Source: an uncultured Pseudomonadota bacterium
GTDB lineage: Bacteria; Vulcanimicrobiota; Vulcanimicrobiia; Eremiobacterales; Eremiobacteraceae
Direction: 5' to 3'
Length of the DNA stretch: 64,000 nt
Assembly: GCA_963736005.1 (NCBI GenBank)
Contig: CAVTNB010000001.1
Span: 736,001-800,000 of the forward strand
Made by a program: the position numbers and the translations under genes. Below are positions 42,001-49,004 of the stretch, one piece after another. The notes below the pieces were generated by a model that was given only the letters and a program-made list of their open reading frames with translations, had not been told where the DNA came from and ran no database searches. Numbering within the stretch: the first letter of the stretch is position 1; the number at the start of each line of letters is the position of its first letter.

Positions 42001-42192
42001 GCATCCGAATTGGGCACGAGAAAGCACACGACTATTGTTGCCATCACGGCCAACGCGCTGGATGGGGATCGCGAAGTCTGCGTCGCCGCGGGCATGGACG
42101 ACTACCTCTCCAAGCCGGTGCAGCTTGACGCCCTGCGGGCGCTTGTGCAGCGCTGGTTGCCAGGCTTCGGCAAAGAGACCGCAAGCGCATAA
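39097..42192 (+). CDS. Hybrid sensor kinase CHASE3-HAMP-PAS-PAS-HisKA-HATPase-REC-REC
   Basis: Two TM segments, FLANMSHEIRTP, NAIKFT, DTGVG, GGTGLGL, two receiver domains. Confidence 0.93.
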   Translation: MSLKLSHKLLIITAVPLAFILALLFAVDQMHDRVASAEYYAQRSELVIVQAQSLSRNLARAESSIRGYALTGDPKLAEPYQAAAVDIPDQSDRLKQLVSENEDQELAAARLAQLAHRILGSLAQVRIVADASGKNRPHVQAAVIASGELNDLFVNTMEQFIADERRLSAIRDGDLQGAWHQFDVLLVAGAVAACFLTLALMALFSQTTARRLSMLSQAAQRFAASGEVGPQVGGNDEVAQVDEAFHAMAAVLKERQATLAMYKLLSQHARDAMIFARRSDGRVMEANDAALQMYGYTRREILSLRVHDLRDPADLATLESTLAEAERGGVIYETRNKRKDGSIFPVEVGAQGAIIGGERTIMGIVRDITERKQFERERQRYFDLSIDPMCVAHIGGKFVRVNAAFANILGFTQDELLATPFSDLVHPDDSALRMEQLRKLEAGEKVVGFEVRCRRKDGTYVCLVWDAVPAGEGDLVYAMGRDVTEQKAAETALAQAKDKATEASRLKSQFLANMSHEIRTPMNGVIGMTELLLSTPLSREQNEYAGAIRESGAALLAIINEILDFSKLEAGRLDLEISEFSPTAAAESVADLLASQARQKSLAVQSFVAADVPRSLRGDPGRLRQVLINLVGNAIKFTDVGRVTLRVTSEATQGNGVTLKFAVTDTGVGIPVAARSRLFQPFVQADGSAARYAGGTGLGLSICKRLVELMHGEIGFESEQGKGSTFTFTAQFARSTVATAEPPRTELQGHRALVVDDDPIAREIIHAYVVSWGMRAEGVASGGEALNMLRKAVQTGDPYDIAIVDFWMPQMNGLTLARNVRSDSTLSHTKLILMTAFDANLHRNEATRAGFAAYLTKPVKQSQLFMSISSAIRHGNAGTPDAAVTATILEQLEPRPGALASARILVAEDNLINQKLSAAQLKRLGLDADVVKNGQEAVDALKTKDYALVLMDCQMPGMDGFEATRMVRASELGTRKHTTIVAITANALDGDREVCVAAGMDDYLSKPVQLDALRALVQRWLPGFGKETASA

Positions 42193-42193
42193 T

Positions 42194-42247
42194 GTAGTGT
42201 CACGAATTTATTCGTGACAAGAAGCGCGAATAAATTCGCGCGACTAC
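42194..42247. repeat. Inverted REP family A doublet (REPIN-like) between convergent genes
   Basis: gtagtgtcacgaatttattcgtgaca + gcgcgaataaattcgcgcgactac. Confidence 0.85.
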
Positions 42248-42248
42248 G

Positions 42249-42590
42249 TTAAGGTAACGTGTTCGCGTCCTTTTGCGCTTGCAACTGATCTTGCGCGTCG
42301 CTGGTTCCTTGATCGACACCACTTTGGCCAGCGTTTTGCCCTGCCTGCGGCTGCGTATCCACTTGCGTCTGAGCGGCGATTGCGAGCTTGCAATCTTGCG
42401 TGTTTTGTTGATCGGGATGCGCGTTGCAGTAACTGAGCATAGTCTGGCGGTCGCTGTCGTGGCTGACCCAGTACTCGACGGTTGCTTTATCGTTGGGGTC
42501 GTGGGAGACTGACGGAGCAAACTCTGACTTGGCCCAATACCCAATAATTGCGACGACGAGCAAGAGACCGATGAGGCTGAAGTTTCTCAT
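42249..42590 (-). CDS. Membrane-anchored small protein with EexN (entry exclusion)-like motif
   Basis: N-terminal TM; TVEYW..H..DR...L..C..HP....T.DC..A..A. Confidence 0.6.
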   Translation of the reverse strand: MRNFSLIGLLLVVAIIGYWAKSEFAPSVSHDPNDKATVEYWVSHDSDRQTMLSYCNAHPDQQNTQDCKLAIAAQTQVDTQPQAGQNAGQSGVDQGTSDAQDQLQAQKDANTLP

Positions 42591-42913
42591 GCATGATATA
42601 TCGGTTCATGCCCGGGCGAATCATCGACCGTGATCATGATCACCTAAAGGAGGTCTGCTTACCTAGACGGCTTCCTCCCAGCTCGCCATTTCTGGGCAGA
42701 TAAGGGCCCTCGCGCGATCCGTGCCTGCGTTCCATTTCCCAACGAACAGCTCCTCAAAACGGCCTCGCTCAGCCGAAGCGGCACACCAGCCGACCGCGCG
42801 AGCGGTCCGGTGCGGCTATTTCAGTGATTCGAGTCACGGATACGACCAACGTACTGCCACATTAACAACTCGGCAGAGTCCTGTGCGCGTATATGCTACC
42901 GATAACCAGTGGT

Positions 42914-43345
42914 GTGCGACACGCCTCACGAGCCTTCACACTGTTGGAACTAATAATTGTTGTCGCCATAATCGCGATCTTATCAGCAATCTTGATTCCC
43001 AACTTTTTGCATGCTCGGGCCGAATCAATAACTGCCGCTTGCGAATCCAACGAGAAACGCCTAGCGATTGCTGAAGAGGAGTATGCTGTCGACCATCGTG
43101 GCAGCTATGCCCTATTAGCGGCGCTGACAACACCCTACCTTACGACCATGCGCACTGATCCAGTCAAAAAGGGAAATCGCTATCGTATTCTTATCCCAGG
43201 CGGCTCAAGCGGATCATATCTCCTCACAGACGCGGGTGGCCATGATCCCTCGACGATGCGAAGATTGAGAAAGACCTCAGGAGCAGTATGCATCAACTGC
43301 ACCAGCGTTCTATATGCGCAAAATTCCGGCATTCATGGGAATTAG
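42914..43345 (+). CDS. Type IV pilin/pseudopilin-like prepilin
   Basis: RA|FTLLELIIVVAIIAIL class III signal, IPNF..AR..AC; GTG start inferred. Confidence 0.85.
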   Translation: MRHASRAFTLLELIIVVAIIAILSAILIPNFLHARAESITAACESNEKRLAIAEEEYAVDHRGSYALLAALTTPYLTTMRTDPVKKGNRYRILIPGGSSGSYLLTDAGGHDPSTMRRLRKTSGAVCINCTSVLYAQNSGIHGN

Positions 43346-43467
43346 TCGTTCTTGGGTTATGCTGGCAGAGTAAGGCTATTTCTTTTTGACAGAGGCGGTT
43401 AGTTGGATCCGAGTGCACGATCTTAACTTCTGTCCAATGGGCGCTGCTGACCATCTCTCCTTAGATT

Positions 43468-43490
43468 CGCGCGAAGAAATTCGCAAGACA
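43468..43490 (-). repeat. Degenerate REP family A just after a stop codon
   Basis: cgcgcgaagaaattcgcaagaca. Confidence 0.5.
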
Positions 43491-43493
43491 ATC

Positions 43494-44537
43494 TTACTTT
43501 GTGCATGTGAGGTCGATGCGGAAGTCCGCAGGCGGACGATAGTGCGGCATGCCGGGCAGTGCGTTCTGTATTGCAGCATTGAAGGTTACGAGCAAGCGAA
43601 CCGGCTTGTCGGTGCCGTTCAGATCACCTCCGGCGAAGAGCTGTGAGAACGTAAATGACCCACCGGGCGGAAAAACAACGTTTCGAGAACCTAAAGCAAA
43701 GCCGCCTACCACGTTAAATGATGAAGCATTGTTCCCGCTCTGTGTGGCAAGAAACTCGTCGGACACATTTGAGGGCGCTTCTCCCGGACCGTACAATCCG
43801 TCCGGCCACAGCCTACGACTCGTGGCGTTGACCCATGTCTGCGTCACGTGCCAGCCGTATTGGTCTTCTGGCTTTGCGTCAGACGGAAATGGGGTTATTG
43901 CGGTCACGCGCATCTTCCAAATGCCATTGGTCATCCATTGGTTCATGCAACCTGGGGTCGCAGCGATCTCATTGGCCCCGCCTTCGGCGTTGGCAGCCGC
44001 GCCCGTCGCGACGCAACCCAGGTTGAAGTGAAAGTTATACTTTGAGGTAGTGAACTGCGGCTTCGACTTCAATTGGGCAAGCAGTACTCCGTTGAACGTG
44101 ATCTCAAGACCCTTTGGTTTGTTCGACGGATCGACGTTGGAGTTCCAGAATATTTGTTTATATGTCATCTGCCCGGCGGGCGCAAACGTATTGTTGCCCA
44201 CGTTTCCCATTGACATACTACCCGCTGTCGACTCCTTCGCGGTGATGGCACCGCTTCCGAGTTCCAGTCGCTGGTCTAGGAGCTGAGCGTCGCCGGGGGA
44301 GGTTTCTCCCGACGTTCCGTTGCGCCACACTTCGGTGACTAGCCAACCAACTTGCTGGCTGCCGTTCATGTATGGCTCAACGTTTGTGACTTTCACGCGC
44401 CACACTCCATTGAAGAGCCATTGATTCATGCAACCCTCGCGGCTATTCGCATCGCTCAGACTTGCCGAGCGTGTAACAAGAACGCAACAAGCGACGAGTG
44501 CGACGAGTAGTGACGATCGGGACAAGTTTTGTCGCAT
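43494..44537 (-). CDS. Secreted hypothetical protein with two tandem homologous domains
   Basis: Signal peptide, AAGGAG RBS; GCMNQWLFNGVWRVKVT / GCMNQWMTNGIWKMRVT. Confidence 0.8.
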   Translation of the reverse strand: MRQNLSRSSLLVALVACCVLVTRSASLSDANSREGCMNQWLFNGVWRVKVTNVEPYMNGSQQVGWLVTEVWRNGTSGETSPGDAQLLDQRLELGSGAITAKESTAGSMSMGNVGNNTFAPAGQMTYKQIFWNSNVDPSNKPKGLEITFNGVLLAQLKSKPQFTTSKYNFHFNLGCVATGAAANAEGGANEIAATPGCMNQWMTNGIWKMRVTAITPFPSDAKPEDQYGWHVTQTWVNATSRRLWPDGLYGPGEAPSNVSDEFLATQSGNNASSFNVVGGFALGSRNVVFPPGGSFTFSQLFAGGDLNGTDKPVRLLVTFNAAIQNALPGMPHYRPPADFRIDLTCTK

Positions 44538-44679
44538 GATCTCTCTCCTTACTGGCCACGATAGTCGGTGTGAAAGAAAATTCTGTGCATCAACAGGGCG
44601 GGCAACGGCTGCCAGTTCTATCACTGATCGCCATGTCCGGTGACTCACGCTGATTCCTTCGGGATGAAGTGCGTCGGGC

Positions 44680-44701
44680 ACTACAGGTTTACTACAGGTT
44701 T
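44680..44701. repeat. 11-bp tandem direct repeat near the tRNA 3' end (integrase arm-site-like)
   Basis: actacaggttt x2. Confidence 0.5.
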
Positions 44702-44745
44702 GGGGGCAACTTTCGGCGTTTTTTGGCGGTCCTTGGCGTAAAGTA

Positions 44746-44791
44746 AAGAACCCCACGATAAAGGTGTAAGCCTTTATTTCATGGGGTTCTT
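44746..44791 (-). terminator. Long hairpin immediately 3' of tRNA-Asn
   Basis: aagaacccca/tggggttctt outer stem, ataaagg/cctttat inner stem. Confidence 0.55.
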
Positions 44792-44793
44792 AA

Positions 44794-44869
44794 TGGCTCC
44801 CCGAGCTGGACTCGAACCAGCGACATTCTGATTAACAGTCAGACGCTCTACCAGCTGAGCTATCGGGGA
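44794..44869 (-). tRNA. tRNA-Asn(GTT)
   Basis: tccccgatagctcagctggtagagcgtctgactGTTaatcagaatgtcgctggttcgagtccagctcggggagCCA; 76 nt. Confidence 0.97.
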
Positions 44870-45136
44870 ATACTTTGTTTCAAGGGCTTCGTTGGCGCGT
44901 TTTCTGTTGTTATCCCTCCACGTGGCCCACTAAAGAGCGCGAAAAACCGATTCCTGCAGTTCACCCCATACAGTCGGTCGTTTCCCAACCATCGCGCCAA
45001 TCTCCACGAGGACGCGTTTTCTGACACCTTCTTCCATCGCAACCCCTGGCCGAAGGGCTCGGCATCACGATGGATCGATCAACTTACACAATCCTGCTCC
45101 ATGGGGACATGAGAGCGTCGGGGACTGAGGGAAAAG

Positions 45137-45865
45137 GTGGGCATGGATTTCGTTAACTCTTACCAGGATGTCATCCGTGCCGGCGCATACGCCAGGCTTG
45201 AGTTCGCAAATACGTATTACCTCGCATACCGTGATCTCCCCGCGGTTATTTCAGAGCATGTGACGGGTACGAGGGCGCTTGATTTCGGTTGCGGCACCGG
45301 CCGGTCAACACGGTTTCTGCGCAAACTCGGTTTTGATGTCACTGGTGTCGACATCTCGGAGGACATGTTAAGGATTGCACGCGCTTTGGAGACTGCGGGT
45401 GATTACCGTATTTTGCCTGGGGGCAATTTGACCGACTTTGCATCAGAACATTTCGACCTGATAGCTTCACTTTTTACCTTCGATAATATTCAAAATGCAG
45501 CGAAAGGCCTGATTCTCTCCAACCTCAGAAGACTTCTACGACCAACCGGCACCATCATTAGCGTCGTCTCATCTCCAGAAATCTACACACATGAATGGGC
45601 TTCGTTCACGACCAAAGACTTCCCAGAGAATTCATCTGCGCGCAGCGGCGATCTTGTACGCATTATTGTGACCGACCACCAAGACATCAGACCGGTTAAA
45701 GACATCCTTTGTACGAATTATTCGTATCAAGAAGTGTACAGGGAAGCGGGTCTTAGGACGGATCAGATCCTTAAGCCGCTGGCCGAAGGCAACGAGCCAT
45801 ATACATGGGTCAACGAAATGAAGATACCACCATGGGTTATCTACGTGTTGAAGCGAGCGGCTTAA
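45137..45865 (+). CDS. Class I SAM-dependent methyltransferase
   Basis: ALDFGCGTG, GVDIS, FDLI, LRPTG. Confidence 0.88.
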   Translation: MGMDFVNSYQDVIRAGAYARLEFANTYYLAYRDLPAVISEHVTGTRALDFGCGTGRSTRFLRKLGFDVTGVDISEDMLRIARALETAGDYRILPGGNLTDFASEHFDLIASLFTFDNIQNAAKGLILSNLRRLLRPTGTIISVVSSPEIYTHEWASFTTKDFPENSSARSGDLVRIIVTDHQDIRPVKDILCTNYSYQEVYREAGLRTDQILKPLAEGNEPYTWVNEMKIPPWVIYVLKRAA

Positions 45866-46014
45866 GCTCGTAGCACGAGCTCGATCTTCATTAGAGTCTG
45901 TTGTCTGCTGCGAACCTAAGGGATCGAGCGGCCTTTGGAGACCATGCTGGTACCCGGCGCGCTCGCCCTTCTGTCAGCGAATCGCCGTTACCGACTCCAG
46001 CTAGACGCAGCTCC

Positions 46015-46713
46015 TCACAGGAATGTGACCTCCCCTGTTTCGAGCTGATAATACGCGCCGACAATTTTGAGTTGACCGGCACTTATCAAGTCAGATAACA
46101 CGGGGCTCGCTTGCAGCGCGTGCATCGCGAGCCGGATGTTGTCCATCGTCGCGTTCACGGTCCAATTGCCCGCTTTACCTTTGCTGGATAGGGCAGCCGG
46201 TTCAATAACCTTTGCGAGGTCTTGGATTTTGCCGGGAAACGATTTGCCTTGCGCAAGCTCGATGGCCGCTTTGACTGCGCCACACGAAGAGTGCCCCATG
46301 ACAACAATAAGTGATGATTTGAGCACCGCCGCGGCATACTCAAGACTTGCCGTCTCGGTGACCGTTGCGACATTTCCGGCGACTCGCACGACGAAGATGT
46401 CGCCCAAGCCTTGATTGAAAATGATCTCCGGCGTCGTCCGCGAGTCTGCGCATGAGAGCACAGAGGCAAAGGGCGCTTGCCCTGCGCCAAGAGCGGCACG
46501 CTCCTCGATGGTTTGCGACCGCGTTTGAGTCATATGCGCGACGAATGTGGCGTTGCCTTGCTTCAGCTTTCCGAGTGCGTCATCTGGAGTCATGACTGCT
46601 GAGGCGTTGGCCGCAATGGATCGGGTCGGATTGGCGATGGGCAGCGCCACTACCACAGCGGCCCCACCTATGAATGCTCTCCGCGTGAGCGAAAATGATC
46701 GATTGTGATCCAC
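46015..46713 (-). CDS. Beta-class carbonic anhydrase with Tat signal
   Basis: TRRAFI, GN..F, CADSR, RVAGN, GHSSCGAV. Confidence 0.92.
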   Translation of the reverse strand: MDHNRSFSLTRRAFIGGAAVVVALPIANPTRSIAANASAVMTPDDALGKLKQGNATFVAHMTQTRSQTIEERAALGAGQAPFASVLSCADSRTTPEIIFNQGLGDIFVVRVAGNVATVTETASLEYAAAVLKSSLIVVMGHSSCGAVKAAIELAQGKSFPGKIQDLAKVIEPAALSSKGKAGNWTVNATMDNIRLAMHALQASPVLSDLISAGQLKIVGAYYQLETGEVTFL

Positions 46714-46735
46714 ATTGGTTTCCTTTCTCAGTTGA

Positions 46736-46755
46736 GCGCGAATAAATTCGCGCGA
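46736..46755 (-). repeat. REP family A (GTAG degenerate)
   Basis: gcgcgaataaattcgcgcga. Confidence 0.7.
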
Positions 46756-46760
46756 GGACG

Positions 46761-47408
46761 TTATTTGCGGAGGAGTTTGAAGGCGTGATTCCAGTCTTGA
46801 TAGCGCAGTCCACAGGTAACCCAAAGGATACACATCGGCTCGAGCAACCGCGCACCTTCGATCCCTCCGATGTCAATTACCGACCACCCGAATTGCTTTA
46901 AGAACTCCGTGACCGTTTTCTTGGCGCTATCATCGTTTCCCGCAATGAACATGTCGGGCGGCCCGCCTTGGAAGTCTGGATGCACCATGTGGGCATTGCC
47001 GACTATGTTAAAACTCTTGACGACGCGGGCACCCGGCAGCCAGCGCTGCACTTGTTCGCCACCCGAGTCGTTCCATCCAAGCGCGAGGTGTGGCGGCGGT
47101 TTGCCACACGGAAAGACAAGCGGGTTGGTCGCGTCGATGACAACCTTCCCGACGAAGTTCTTTGGATCGGCGAGCTGGATGGCATTTTCTGTACCACTCC
47201 AAACCGTCGCAAGCACGATCACCTCACCGAATTGAGCCGCGTCCGCGAACGTTCCACCCGAAGCATTTTTGCCGTTGGCCGCGACCCAGGCGCTGAGTTT
47301 GTCGTTTTTTGGGTCACGCGAACCCATCTTCACCACATGTCCAAGGGAGATGAAGCCGCTGCCGAGCTTTTGACCGACATCGCCGGTGCCAAGGATAGCG
47401 ATTCTCAT
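46761..47408 (-). CDS. NADP oxidoreductase, F420-dependent family
   Basis: IAILGTGDVG, GSRDP, IDATNP, VVKSFN, ARLLEP. Confidence 0.88.
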   Translation of the reverse strand: MRIAILGTGDVGQKLGSGFISLGHVVKMGSRDPKNDKLSAWVAANGKNASGGTFADAAQFGEVIVLATVWSGTENAIQLADPKNFVGKVVIDATNPLVFPCGKPPPHLALGWNDSGGEQVQRWLPGARVVKSFNIVGNAHMVHPDFQGGPPDMFIAGNDDSAKKTVTEFLKQFGWSVIDIGGIEGARLLEPMCILWVTCGLRYQDWNHAFKLLRK

Positions 47409-47438
47409 TTGGATCTCCTTGCGGTCGAATAGGTTGCG

Positions 47439-47464
47439 GGGCGAGTTGACGGTTGCCCTCTTAC
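47439..47464 (-). repeat. Degenerate REP family B at the hemG stop
   Basis: gggcgagttgacggttgccctcttac. Confidence 0.5.
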
Positions 47465-48915
47465 GACAGGGCTGTGCGGGAAGTTGCGATGCAGTCGGTC
47501 ACTGATGGACCTTTTAGGTAGCTGCCACACAATCGGACACCCGGCAGCCGCGCCAAGCAATCTCGAATGACTCCTATTTTTTGCGCGTGCCCTACATTAT
47601 ATTGTGGGATTGCCTCCTGCCACCGAAAGCCCGCCACGATGTGCGGTGCGACGTCGCTGATCCTCATGACGCCTCGCAGCTCTTCATGGGCCTGACGTGC
47701 GAGTTCTTCGTCACTTTGCTCGGCCACTAACGAGTCTGTTGCACCGCCCAAGAAGGCGGTCACGAGAACCTCGTTCTCCGGGCAGCGATCGGCAAACATC
47801 GCCGAGTTCCAGACGCACCCCAGGATTCTCAAACCTTCTGTGCGGGGCACGAGAAAGCCAAAGCCGTCGAGTGGCACACCAAGAGCAGTTCGTGGATATG
47901 CAAAGGCAATCTGGACGACCGTCGGATACTCAAAGGAACGTAAGGCTGCTGATGCGTGCGGCTCGAGCGCGTCGAGCAACTCGGCTGCCGCCCCCGCGGG
48001 TGTTGCGACCACCACGTTTTTTGCAACGACCCGGCTATCCACGTTGCCACCGACCAGTAACTCCATCCACTCGCCACGCTGCCATAGGGCTTTCACGGGA
48101 GCGTTGAGGCGCACGTCCGTACCCATATGTTGAGCGAGAGCTCTGGGCAACACGTCATTGCCACCACGAAATCCAAAACTGCGACGGCGCGCTCTGCCGG
48201 GAGATTGATCTCCGGAGCGGACCTGAAGGTCCGCTGCTACATTGGATGCTGCTACATTGGATGCTGCTACATTGGCCGCTGCTACATTGGCCGCTGCTGC
48301 GTTGGCCCTTTGTTGTCTCATGCGAGCGAGAGCGCCTCTGATAATGCTGCCGTGCTCGCGTTCCATCTCGGCCATCATCGGGAAGGCGCTGCGAACCGAA
48401 AGCTGGTTTGGGTCGCCGGCGAAAATTCCGGAAACGTATGGCCCAACGAGGTTCTGTAAGACTGCCGCACCCGCACGACGCCGCACGAAGTCTGCGACGG
48501 ATTCGTCGCTTGCGTCGCTGGGGCCAACAAGTGGCTCGCTCAGCGCGCGGAGCTTCGCAAGCGGCGAGAGCAAAGGCGTCAGGATCATTTGCTGCGGTGA
48601 CTGCGGCACAGCAACGAGTCGGCCATGGAAGTAAAGGTATGGCCGAGCTGCGCTTTCCAATGCCGGCAAGACCAGGGCATCGAGACCGGCGTCTTTGACC
48701 AACTGCGCGATTGGCTCGGAGGGCAGGAAGCTCTGCGGACCGCCATCGGCGATGTACGCGCCAGAGCGAACGCTTGTGATGCATCCGCCCACCTTTCCCG
48801 ATGACTCGAACAAGATAACCGAGCGCCCTAAACTCTTTGCCCAAAAAGCGCAAGCGAGACCGGAAATGCCGCCGCCGATTACTGCTAGGTCAACTGGTTC
48901 GAAGACATCGCTCAC
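47461..48915 (-). CDS. hemG: HemY-type proto/coproporphyrinogen oxidase
   Basis: IGGGISGL, GIFAGDP..LS, GFGFLVP, IPQY.VGH; contains an in-frame repeat insertion. Confidence 0.92.
   Translation of the reverse strand: MSDVFEPVDLAVIGGGISGLACAFWAKSLGRSVILFESSGKVGGCITSVRSGAYIADGGPQSFLPSEPIAQLVKDAGLDALVLPALESAARPYLYFHGRLVAVPQSPQQMILTPLLSPLAKLRALSEPLVGPSDASDESVADFVRRRAGAAVLQNLVGPYVSGIFAGDPNQLSVRSAFPMMAEMEREHGSIIRGALARMRQQRANAAAANVAAANVAASNVAASNVAADLQVRSGDQSPGRARRRSFGFRGGNDVLPRALAQHMGTDVRLNAPVKALWQRGEWMELLVGGNVDSRVVAKNVVVATPAGAAAELLDALEPHASAALRSFEYPTVVQIAFAYPRTALGVPLDGFGFLVPRTEGLRILGCVWNSAMFADRCPENEVLVTAFLGGATDSLVAEQSDEELARQAHEELRGVMRISDVAPHIVAGFRWQEAIPQYNVGHAQKIGVIRDCLARLPGVRLCGSYLKGPSVTDCIATSRTALS
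48216..48300 (-). repeat. REP family C plus four 15-bp tandem 5'-end copies, in frame in hemG
   Basis: agcggacctgaaggtccgctgctac followed by attggatgctgctac x2, attggccgctgctac, attggccgctgctgc. Confidence 0.85.
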
Positions 48916-48937
48916 GTTCGATCACCTTGGTTGGCAT

Positions 48938-49004
48938 GGGCGACTTGACAGTCGCCCACTACAATCCGCCGCTGGATGGGGCGATTTTCCAATCGTCCCC
49001 TACA
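48938..49004 (-). repeat. Two REP family B copies; the first GTAG supplies the hemH stop
   Basis: gggcgacttgacagtcgcccactaca; ggggcgattttccaatcgtcccctaca. Confidence 0.88.
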
